This document shows positions 37,078 through 46,681 of a DNA stretch of 64,000 nucleotides, piece after piece. A model generated the notes under the pieces. The model did not search any database and was not told where the DNA came from. It saw only the letters and a list, made by a program, of their open reading frames with translations. The stretch comes from Pseudovirgaria hyperparasitica (Eukaryota): assembly GCA_010093815.1 (NCBI GenBank), contig ML996578.1, one strand, 5' to 3'. Position numbers and translations under genes: made by a program. The number at the start of each line of letters is the position of its first letter. The first letter of the stretch is position 1.

Positions 37078-38841
37078 TCACCCCCCAACACCCCCAACAC
37101 ACCTCCTACCCCTCCTCCTAAAATCCCCCAAATAATGATCCACATGATCCTGCCCATCCAACCGCTCACCCACACCAGGAACCCTGCCCATCCAACCAAG
37201 CGTATACAAAACCGCCTTCTCGCGCAACTCCTCCGTCACCTCCGCCAGATCAACATCTAGAAAATCCGCGAGGAACTGGCCGACCTCGCTGTTCTCGTGG
37301 TTTCCGACGAGCGGGGCGGCGGCGCGCGGGTCGGAGGCGTAGATGTTGACGTCGGCGCCCGAGTGGCCGTGCGTGGACCAGCCGGTTTGGGCGCGGCGCG
37401 AGACCATGTCTGCGAAGGTGTAGGGGGCGGTGGCGGGGCTGGTGAGGAGGGTGGTGAGTTCGGTGGGGGTGTGGTCGTGGATGCCGAGGTCTTGTTCGAG
37501 GGCGTGGGTGAGCCATGTTTTGAGGGTGTCGTTGTTGTTGTTGTTGGTGTCGGAGAGCTGGGCGTGGTATTCTTGGCCGAGACGTTCGGCGGATTTGCTT
37601 GCGTTGGCGAGGACGCCTGGGAACCAGGCGTAGTCTGGGTAGGAAGGGTGGAGTTGGCGGGCGGTGGCTAGGCCGCCGGTTTCGTGGTCGGAGGTGCTGA
37701 GCATGAGGGTGGGTGTGGATTCGGTGTGGATGAAGTCGAGGACGGCGGAGATGGCGGCGTCGTAGGCGAGGACTTCGTGGACTTGGGCGACGGGGTCGTT
37801 TGCGTGGCCGGCGTGGTCGATGCGGCTGCCTTCGATCATGATGAAGAAGCCGTGGTCTGAGTGTGCGGTTGCGGCGCTGAGGGCGCGCAGGGCGGTGGTG
37901 GCCATTTCGTGAAGTGCTGGGTAGGTGGCGTTTTGGGTGCGGCGGTCGACTTCGTAGGGGATGTCGGTGTCGGCGAAGAGGCCGAGGAAGGGGAGGTTGA
38001 GGCTTGCGCCGTGGTCGAGGGCGTCAAACTCTTCGCGCGTCGAGATGTATGTGTAGCCTTTGCTCTTTGCTAGTTCGGTGATGTCGCGGTCGTCGGCGCG
38101 GGCGGAGCCTTGGACTGTGTTGGGGAGGAAGTGGGCGCGTCCGCCGCCGAGCATGAGGTCGACGACATGGCCGAGAGGATGTTCTCCGACCATCTGCGTG
38201 GCGATGAGGTCTTCTTCGTCCCGCATGTTGACGTGGGAGGCGAAGACTGCGGGAGTTGCATCTGTGATTCTTGTCGTGACGACTAGACCTGTGGTGTATC
38301 CCGCTTTCTTGGCTGCTTCCATGACTGATCCACAGGGCGAATGGTCTGGCAAGACCGAGATCGCACCGTTATAGCTCTTTATGCCACATGAGAATGCTGT
38401 TGCTCCGGCGGCCGAGTCGGTCACCAGGCTCGACGTTGATCTCGTCCTAGATTGTCCGATGAGGTGCTTATCAATCTCCAGCTGTGCTCCCCATGGCAGG
38501 TTGTTCTGGTTCTGAAGATACTCTCTTGTCAACGTCAGGCTCGTCGGACCCATGCCGTCGCTGACCATGAATATCAAATTGCGTTTCCCAGTGAAGGTTG
38601 TTTGCGGCGAATCGGACTGCTGGTGTCGCTGGTAGACTACTCCCAGGACGATCACCGCCGCAGTTGCGATGACTGCCCATGCAAAGAGGCCAACCTCTCG
38701 CCAGAATTTCCATCCTCTTACGCCTGCTGAGCGGCCTGTTCGCTCTCCGGTGAGGAGTGCATCTTCTTCCGCGAGGTCGCGGTCGTTTGTGTGTTCGGAT
38801 GAGGGTCGCTGGGAGAAGAGAGGCTCCTCGTCGCCGGCCAT
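37078..38841 (-). CDS. PHO8: Vacuolar-type alkaline phosphatase (type II membrane anchor), intronless
   Basis: FMVSDGMG, active site VTDSAAGATA, ITDATPA, IEGSRIDHAGH, TSDHETGG, GHSGADV; transmembrane segment GLFAWAVIATAAVIVLGVVY. Confidence 0.93.
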   Translation of the reverse strand: MAGDEEPLFSQRPSSEHTNDRDLAEEDALLTGERTGRSAGVRGWKFWREVGLFAWAVIATAAVIVLGVVYQRHQQSDSPQTTFTGKRNLIFMVSDGMGPTSLTLTREYLQNQNNLPWGAQLEIDKHLIGQSRTRSTSSLVTDSAAGATAFSCGIKSYNGAISVLPDHSPCGSVMEAAKKAGYTTGLVVTTRITDATPAVFASHVNMRDEEDLIATQMVGEHPLGHVVDLMLGGGRAHFLPNTVQGSARADDRDITELAKSKGYTYISTREEFDALDHGASLNLPFLGLFADTDIPYEVDRRTQNATYPALHEMATTALRALSAATAHSDHGFFIMIEGSRIDHAGHANDPVAQVHEVLAYDAAISAVLDFIHTESTPTLMLSTSDHETGGLATARQLHPSYPDYAWFPGVLANASKSAERLGQEYHAQLSDTNNNNNDTLKTWLTHALEQDLGIHDHTPTELTTLLTSPATAPYTFADMVSRRAQTGWSTHGHSGADVNIYASDPRAAAPLVGNHENSEVGQFLADFLDVDLAEVTEELREKAVLYTLGWMGRVPGVGERLDGQDHVDHYLGDFRRRGRRCVGGVGG

Positions 38842-39121
38842 GGTGACGCACAAGAGCACTGAGTAGTGCGATGAATGGGCAAAAGGCAAGAAAGACAAGA
38901 GAGACGAAGAAGGAAAGAAGGACTAACAGCACCGTCTATAGCATGACTCGGTGGTCTGAGGATGCCAGAATGAGATGCTGTTAGTGTCGAAGTCCAGACT
39001 GACCAGGGTCTGTTAGGGAGACAGAGCAAGAGCCGGGTTTCATTGGTCAAGCTTGCATATCTCAGTTGAGAGCCATGTACAACCAGGTATAATCTAATCT
39101 TGGCGACCGACGTCATACAAG

Positions 39122-39212
39122 TCTTTCTTGGTCTAGTGGTTATGATTTCCGCTTGTCAAGTTGTTCGCAACCCGATTCGCGGGAGACCGGGGTTCGATTC
39201 CCCGAGAGAGAG
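39122..39212 (+). tRNA. tRNA-Asp(GTC) with a 19-nt intron (39159-39177)
   Basis: Acceptor stem TCTTTCT/AGAGAGA; D-arm TGGTCTAGTGGTTATGA; anticodon GTC at 39155-39157 with the intron one base 3' of it; T-arm CGGGGTTCGATTCCCCG; downstream T-runs (Pol III terminator). Confidence 0.93.
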
Positions 39213-39890
39213 TTCCTTTTGATATTTTGCCCTTTTTTTTTTCTTTGCCGCACGCGAGTTCTTCTTGTCTCTAGCTAGGCGTTGGAGAAGAGAGTAGTAG
39301 TGCCTACTTTAGAATGGTATAGAGGACATTTAGATATATAAGGCAACTAAACAGATTCAGTAACGTGTGATACCCTAACTCTTCTATAAGTTCGTGTATA
39401 CGGCGTAGTAAAACTCTCCGATTCGAGGTAATAATGGCTCTTAACAATCTTCGGATGCGGACCGGAGGAAGGAAGGAAGCTAAGGAGAACGGACAAGCTA
39501 GAGAATCAAAAAGCAGTTCTAATTGGACCTCAACGGCACACCGCTCCATCGAGCTTTCCTCCTTCATAGCCGAGCGTGACAAAATAAGTACTTTGACTGG
39601 TACCCTTCTGACGGGATCGAATCTTTCTACCCATTAATTACCGTATTGCCACTTTCCACTTCACTTCCAACGCACTTTCCTGGGTTTTCGTCACGGAGTC
39701 GCACCCACAATTCACATGTCAGGCATGGCTTTCATGTCCAAACCTAGCAATTTCCTATTGAGCGTCTTTATACGTCTTTGATATAGAGCGAGTGTCACTA
39801 TTCATCACCACGAATAACAGCAAACCCACACACACACTCTCTCTCTATAGACTTCAATCTCTCTTTACTGCAAATCCGCCCGTCAAGGCC

Positions 39891-40913
39891 ATGGACCCAC
39901 CGCCAGGCGCGCCCACGTCACCCTATTTCGCAGTAGCCAAGTCCGAAAGCGCCGGGAGAGGCGTCTTCGCGACGTGCGACATACCGGCAGGCACACACGT
40001 CTTCACAGCCAACGATCTGACCGCCCACGTCATCCAGCGCGAGTACCGACGCGAGGTATGTGCGCTCTGCTTCGCGTACGACCGGGGCAAGAACCTGAAG
40101 CAGCGGGACGCACTCCGTGGCTTCGCCTTCTGCACGCCTGCGTGCGAGCAGGCGTGGAAGAGCCAGGACGGGGTGACGCTGCGGGCTTGGGCGGCCGTGG
40201 AGCGGCTTGTCAGGGCGAGGTCGAGGGAGGATGCTGAGCTGGTGGATGCGGATGCGGCGAGGCCGGGCGGCGCGGAGATCAAGGCTGCCTGGCATGGAGT
40301 GAGGAATCAAGCTCTGCTCGTCCGGGAGGCGCGAACGGGCATGTCGACGAAGATGCACCGGAAGGCTGTCCAGCAAGCTATCTCGAATCCTGTGTCGGCG
40401 GATACGCTGCCGCTTCAGCTGTCGGCCGTCTTGCACCGGTATAGGTCGTCGGCGGTGTGGTCGGCGGTCCTCGCGCTTGCGTCCAACGCGCGACCGTACA
40501 ATTCCACCGAGGAGCTGAGGAGCCATGTCAATTCCTATCTGCATCTGCTCGCCGTCCTGCCGGAGGAACTACTCGAGGTGACGACGGCGGAGACGGTCCT
40601 GACGGTCCTGACGCGCGACTCGCACAACAGCTTCGGCATCCGCTCGCTCGAGGACGACGGCGCCGAGTTCTTCGGATACGGAGTGTGGCCGTCGGCAAGC
40701 TACTTCAACCATAGCTGTGCGCCGAACGTGCTGAAGCAGCGGGTTGGCAGCACGTGGGTCTTTACGACGGAGCGGGACGTCGAGGCTGGAAGCGAGCTGT
40801 GCATTACTTATCTCAGTGGGGAGGAGCGGGCGTTGAGCCGGAATGGGCGGATGACGCGGTTGAAGAAGGCGTGGGGATTCGAGTGTGCGTGCGAGAGGTG
40901 TGCTGATATCTGA
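39891..40913 (+). CDS. SET-domain lysine methyltransferase, SMYD/Set6-like
   Basis: GRGVFAT; split SET with MYND-like VCALC...FCTPAC; SYFNHSCAPN, ELCITYL; post-SET FECACERC. Confidence 0.88.
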   Translation: MDPPPGAPTSPYFAVAKSESAGRGVFATCDIPAGTHVFTANDLTAHVIQREYRREVCALCFAYDRGKNLKQRDALRGFAFCTPACEQAWKSQDGVTLRAWAAVERLVRARSREDAELVDADAARPGGAEIKAAWHGVRNQALLVREARTGMSTKMHRKAVQQAISNPVSADTLPLQLSAVLHRYRSSAVWSAVLALASNARPYNSTEELRSHVNSYLHLLAVLPEELLEVTTAETVLTVLTRDSHNSFGIRSLEDDGAEFFGYGVWPSASYFNHSCAPNVLKQRVGSTWVFTTERDVEAGSELCITYLSGEERALSRNGRMTRLKKAWGFECACERCADI

Positions 40914-41527
40914 GATCGGCAGTTTACCCAACCCCCAAAGCAGGCTGTAATTAGTGATGGATCCCGATCTCGCGTGCGCGGCTATGCGGGCCCCGGTATT
41001 AGGATATATATATACTGGCTAATGACGATACAATGCTCCGATCGTCGCTAAAGAAGCAACGGCTGGCTATCTCGGGTCACAGTTCCGACGGCGGAAGTAA
41101 GGACGATGAAGCCGGACAGACGATGGGCGCAGCATATGTCAAAACGTAGAGATCATACCTGCTTCAATTCAAGCACCAGCATGCCATCCATGTCTTTGCC
41201 GTTCAAACAGCAGCACAACCAATTGCTCCGACGGTAATCACAATGTATTCAATCGTGTGCTGACGTCGACGTCTTGCCTTGCTTTTGTGGGCCTTGCACG
41301 TCCAAGTGCAAGTGGATCAGCAATCTCAGAACAGAGCCAAGGTCTTGCAGGCTGGCCGGCCTGGGAGAAAGGGAAAGATGGGATGACATGACGTTTATTT
41401 TGCAACGTGCTGCTAATACTGTACTGCCAGTGCGCTACCGCTAGGCGCGCACTGACGTGCGTGAGTAAGAATAGAAAAAAGATTTGGTCCTCAGCAGACA
41501 GCAGATGGATGGCGAGCTGGGACTGGC

Positions 41528-41559
<32 letters not shown>
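41528..41559. repeat. (GAT)n microsatellite
   Basis: About 10 GAT units read directly. Confidence 0.9.
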
Positions 41560-43253
41560 CTCGTGACCTGTGTATGTTGTGTGTGTATATGCTTAGCAAA
41601 GAGTCGGGAGTCAGCAGTCAGAGCAGTCAGCAGGATAGACAGAGAGAGAGAGAGAGTGTGTGTAAATGTCGTGATGACGGATGACAATGTCCATCTCCAT
41701 CTTGATCAGATCAGTTGGATTCACTCAAATCAAGAATCCAAGGTCCAATATGCAGCGTCAGAAGCGTGGATGGCTTGCTTTGCATTGGCAGCGTTGGGGT
41801 ACTGACGAATGAGGGCGTGCGTCTTCGTCCAAGCGGGCCCCCCTTCTGCCTGCCTGTGCTGTGTGAGGCTGGTGTGCTGGTGTGCTGGTGGGCCAGCAGC
41901 CACTACAGGGTTGAAATGAAAAGCCTAAAAGCCGAATTCCATGGATTTGTGATCTTTTTTTTTTCGTGTCGAGTCAAGGTGGGAAAGGAAAAGTACTTGA
42001 AGCAGACGCAGTGTCGGTGGTTTCTATAATTACGCTTTTGTTCTACTGGATGGATTTCGCATATATCCTATCCCTACATCCCCTCTGCCTGCTATTACCA
42101 TCACCGCGAAACGAGCCCTTGGACGACGGACGCGCTCAGAGACAGCACGAAGGGACAAGCTGCGTCACAGTTTGAAGGGTGATGCAGCCAGTATCTACCT
42201 GGTGACGAGAGTGCATAGCTGCAGCCTACCTCCAGCAGTCACCAAGTCAACGGCCATTGTCCCATCGAGGGCTCCACGATCAAGCTCAAACGAGGACGCA
42301 AAGTGCCACCAGCACCAGCACCCAGCATCAGCATAACCCAACTGGTGACATACCTACACAAACATCCAACAAGGAACAACGACGTGGGAGGTGAAGAAGG
42401 GCGGCGCAAAAGAGATTGGAAGAAGAGACAAGGGAGTCAGTCAGTCAGTCAGTCATGAGCGGATTACGCAAAGGGCAATCCCAGCAGCAGCACACACAAC
42501 AACAGCAGCATTCAAGGCGACAACCCGGCAAGTTCGCCATGTTTGAGGTACGTAAGCACAGTGTGGACTGTTGTGGCATGTCATTCTTGCAGTGAATCAA
42601 TCGCATTCATTCATTTCATCATCATCATCCTCATCACCATCATCACTGTTATCATCATTTGTACGACGCTGCACAAAACATACACACACACGGATATACA
42701 GAGGGGAAAAAGAAGAGCATTACTGCAGATGCAGCATCAGGTAGGCAGCCCGCCCTGAGCTTTCAAAGCCCTAAGCCCGCAGCCCACAAAGCTGCCTAGG
42801 AAAGAAGAAGAAGAAGCCAAAAGTCTGGCCAGACCGGGCGACCATCAGCAAGCAGGAGCAGCGCCAGCAGCACCAGCAGCAGCACGCCCTGTCATCCCTC
42901 CCCGGTTTCCGCTGCCTCGTTACCTACCTCTCTGCCTACTCTGCCCACTACAGCCCACTACTACACTGCCCCTCCTCCCAGGCTCTCTCCAGGGCTCAGG
43001 GCTGCCCGTTAATCTTCTTACTCGCCTCGCAAGCCAGCAATCAGCCTCCACTACCCACTATTCCCCCCCCTCGTGCGCGTCTGTCGTCATTTCATCTCCC
43101 TCCACCATCCGCCGACGTCATCGCCCGCACACCCACTTGCACACCACCCAACTCAAACCACCTACGCCTACACACACGCCTACAGCCTCCTCCCCCCGCT
43201 AGCACCACCATCCTGTCATCGTCGTCCATCCTCGTTTTTTTGCTACACTACCA

Positions 43254-43258
<5 letters not shown>

Positions 43259-43297
<39 letters not shown>
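43259..43297. repeat. (CT)n microsatellite in the SRK1 5' region
   Basis: About 19 CT units read directly. Confidence 0.9.
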
Positions 43298-43302
<5 letters not shown>

Positions 43303-43504
43303 ACCTCCACTGCTCCCTGCAAGCCGGCTCTTTCTTGTTTTCCTTGTCGCTTTTCACTACTACCATCGCTACTTTTCGCTTGCTTGTTGAACGCTTTCGT
43401 CCATCATCCATCCTCCTTTCTGCTGTCTGTCTGTTCTGGAGCGCCTCTTCGTTCTCTACGCCCGACTACTCTCGCCCCTCTCACTTCCATACCGTCTCCT
43501 CAAG

Positions 43505-45801
43505 ATGGCCACTCTGCAAGTGCGTTGTATTCTGCGTTTCGTCCTGCCGTGCGCAATCATGTCCGCACATGTCCAGCCGCAGAGATCCCTGCTAACTAGC
43601 TCAACTACAGAACTTCAAAAACTTCCTGAGGCACGGCAAGCAGGCCCGCAACCAACAAAGTCCACACGGCGAGGCCACTACAGATACCTCCACCGTCCAC
43701 GCGAGAGACGCGAGGCATTATGCTGTGAGCGACCCCAACGTCATGGATCATCAGCCTCTGCACCCGGCCCCCGGTGCCGCTCATGGTGACTATTCTGTCG
43801 GTGTCGGCGCCAAGGCAAACAAGAACATTGCTGCTCAAGCTGGAGATGCTGCTGCCCGCGCTGCTGCCGACCACCACAAGCAAAAACAGGCCATTGCTGA
43901 CCGAAAGGCCGACATCGATCCAACTGTGCTGGAGAGAATTGTTGCTGAAGAGAGGGAAAGCAAGGGCAAGCTGCCCAGGTATCCTGGTCTTGAAAGATGG
44001 CAATTGATCGAGAAGATGGGTGACGGTGCTTTCAGCAACGTCTACCGAGCCAAAGACACCCAGGGACAGTACCAGCAAGAAGTTGCCATCAAAGTCGTGC
44101 GTAAGTTTGAAATGAACTCAAGCCAGGTCAGTCAATCTCCTACCACCTTCACCAGCACTCTGCCTTCCATCTTTGTGTCATCCTCTCCTTGGCATATTCT
44201 CCTCGATTTTTACTTTTGCTCTTTGCCAACGCTGGTTAGGGCAACGATCACCTCCACCCCGATTTCAAAAAGACGCCAAAAACTGTTGAGGTGCGCAAGT
44301 CCAGCTATGTCATCTCTTTTGCATGATTGTTTGTTGCTTTGTCGTTTCGCCATTTTGACGCCACTGGCTGACATGTTGTCGACATATAGCGAGCAAATAT
44401 TCTCAAAGAGGTGCAAATTATGCGCCAATTAGATCACCCCAATATCGTCAAACTTGTCGACTTTCACGAATCTCGTCAATATTATTTCATCATCCTCGAG
44501 CTCTGCCCCGGCGGAGAATTATTTCATCAAATCGTCCGCCTCACATACTTTAGCGAGGATCTCTCTAGACATGTCATCGTACAGGTTGCCAAGGCATTGG
44601 AGTATTTGCATGAGGATGCCGGCGTTGTACATCGGTAAGCATAGCAACTCGTCATCTAAGCCCCAGCACACTTCTCGCTGACGTCATCAACAGGGATATC
44701 AAGCCTGAAAATCTTCTCTTCTATCCGACTGCATTCGTTCCCACGAAGACCCCAAAGCCCAAAGGTCCCGAAGACGAGGACAAGGCTGATGAGGGTGAGT
44801 TCATTCCCGGTATCGGGGCCGGCGGCATTGGCACGATAAAGATTGCCGATTTTGGTCTCTCAAAAGTTATCTGGGATAGCCAGACCATGACGCCGTGTGG
44901 CACGGTCGGCTACACTGCCCCTGAAATCGTCAAGGATGAAAGGTATTCCAAAAGTGTTGACATGTGGGCACTGGGATGTGTTCTCTACACTCTTCTGTGT
45001 GGATTTCCTCCCTTTTACGACGAGAGCATTCAAACTCTTACCGAAAAGGTTGCTCGAGGCCAGTATACGTTCTTGTCGCCGTGGTGGGATGACATCTCAA
45101 AGTCTGCACAAGACCTGGTCTCGCATCTTCTCACGGTCGATCCGGAGAAGCGGTACGACATTAAGCAATTCCTCAACCATCCATGGATACGAGAATCGCA
45201 GGAAGAGACTACAGCTGCGGCGGATGCGCCTCCTCTGGCGACGCCCTTGTATCAACGTCAAGACTTGAGATACCTCGACTCGCCTGGTGAAGGCAGGCGC
45301 GCAGATTTCCGCTCTCCTGGTGCCGTCAATCTACGCGAGGTGTTTGATGTCGGCTATGCCGTCCACCGTCAAGAAGAGGAGGGCAAGCGACGGAAGAACT
45401 TCCCACAGGGCTTCCGGGGGGCTGGGGCTGTCAACAGCTTGAATCCTCTCAACGAAGATTATGACGACGAAGAGGACGGTGAGAGCGCACCTTTCGATCC
45501 TACAAAGCAGAACATCCCCGCAAAGCTGCCCAAGTCGCACGCCGCTGATGTGACATCAGTAGAACAAAAGCTGCGTACCACTACTCTCAGTGCCGCCGCA
45601 CAGGCAAGACAGCAGGCCACGGCACCGGCACAGAAAGGCTACGGCCAACACAGTCCTGCTGTAGCCGCAGCTGCCAAGAAACAGGTGAAGAACAAGGGAC
45701 CGTTTGAGCTGAGTCTCGACAATGCCACCCTACTTGGGCGGAGGGGGCAAAAGGCTCCTGCCAGCAGCGGATTGAGAGAGGCCATTTCAGCAACTCAATA
45801 G
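43505..45801 (+). CDS. SRK1: MAPK-activated CAMK-family kinase Srk1/Rck2; exons 43505-43519, 43611-44126, 44240-44290, 44390-44634, 44694-45801
   Basis: MATLQ|NFKNFLRHGKQAR N-terminus, MGDGAFSNV, VAIK, HR|DIKPEN, KADEGEFIPGIGAGGIG insert, DFGLSK, TPCGTVGYTAPE, C-terminal FELSLDNATLLGRR. Confidence 0.92.
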
Positions 45802-46099
45802 AATTTTTCCCTCCACGGTAGTTGGTTGACAGGACGCAAGACCTACACGGTGGTGGCATGCATACATTGGAACACAGAGGAGACGTCCCTCGGAATGTCC
45901 AAGCAGCATATTGAATTTCTCTCACCTCCAGATTTTCTTCTTTTTTTTTATCTTTTTCTCCTTTATTAAAGCTACGCGACATGACGGCTAGAGATGAATA
46001 GCTGCCAGGCTGGTTCGTACAGGCGCATATGCATCAAGGGGGTTGGTCACGAGTGCGAACATTCCATGTTTTAGTTTTTACTCGATGTGTTTGATATGC

Positions 46100-46152
46100 C
46101 GCGACATGGTGCGACATGGAGCGACATGATGCGACATGATGCGACATGATGC
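46100..46152. repeat. 10-bp tandem repeat GCGACATG(A/G)(T/A), about 5 copies
   Basis: gcgacatggt gcgacatgga gcgacatgat gcgacatgat gcgacatgat. Confidence 0.85.
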
Positions 46153-46282
46153 GCTGCTCAAGCTCTGTAGAGGGAAGGGGCATACATATTGAAATGAGGA
46201 AGAAGTTCAGACCGGCACGTTCCATGACTTGCATGAGATGAGTTGGTGCCACCGCGAGCATGTAGGATAATCTTTTGCTGTT

Positions 46283-46469
46283 TGTTGACTTGTGCTGTTG
46301 ACTTGTGCTGTTGACTTGTGCTGTTGACTTGTGCTGTTGACTTGTGCTGTTGACTTGTGCTGTNNNNNNNNNNNNNNNNNNNNNNNNNTGTTGACTTGTG
46401 CTGTTGACTTGTGCTGTTGACTTGTGCTGTTGACTTGTGCTGTTGACTTGTGCTGTTGACTTGTGCTGT
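46283..46469. repeat. 13-bp minisatellite (TGTTGACTTGTGC)n spanning an assembly gap (25 N at 46364-46388)
   Basis: Perfect units on both sides of the N run; true copy number unknown. Confidence 0.95.
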
Positions 46470-46681
46470 CGTCATGTTCTGTTGTTACCACTCTTCATTT
46501 TCACTGCGGTACAAGAGCAAGAAGAGAAACAAAAAAGAAGCAGTTTTATGTAAGTCTATAGCCGTGTACCAGTCAGTACCAGTCCATCCATCCCCACGTC
46601 CTACCCACCCACCCACCAACCACCACCTTCCCCAGCCCTTCCCCTACATTTCAACAACTCCACACCAAAACCCCTCCCACT

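Noticed and set aside
35160..39212. Functional clustering of RPC34 with a tRNA gene
   Set aside because: They are separated by PHO8, and tRNA genes are dispersed, so proximity is unremarkable.
46283..46469. CRISPR-like or telomeric array, and the STAQVNSTSQQHK ORFs
   Set aside because: Head-to-tail 13-mers without spacers, not TTAGGG; the ORFs are translations of the repeat across an N gap.
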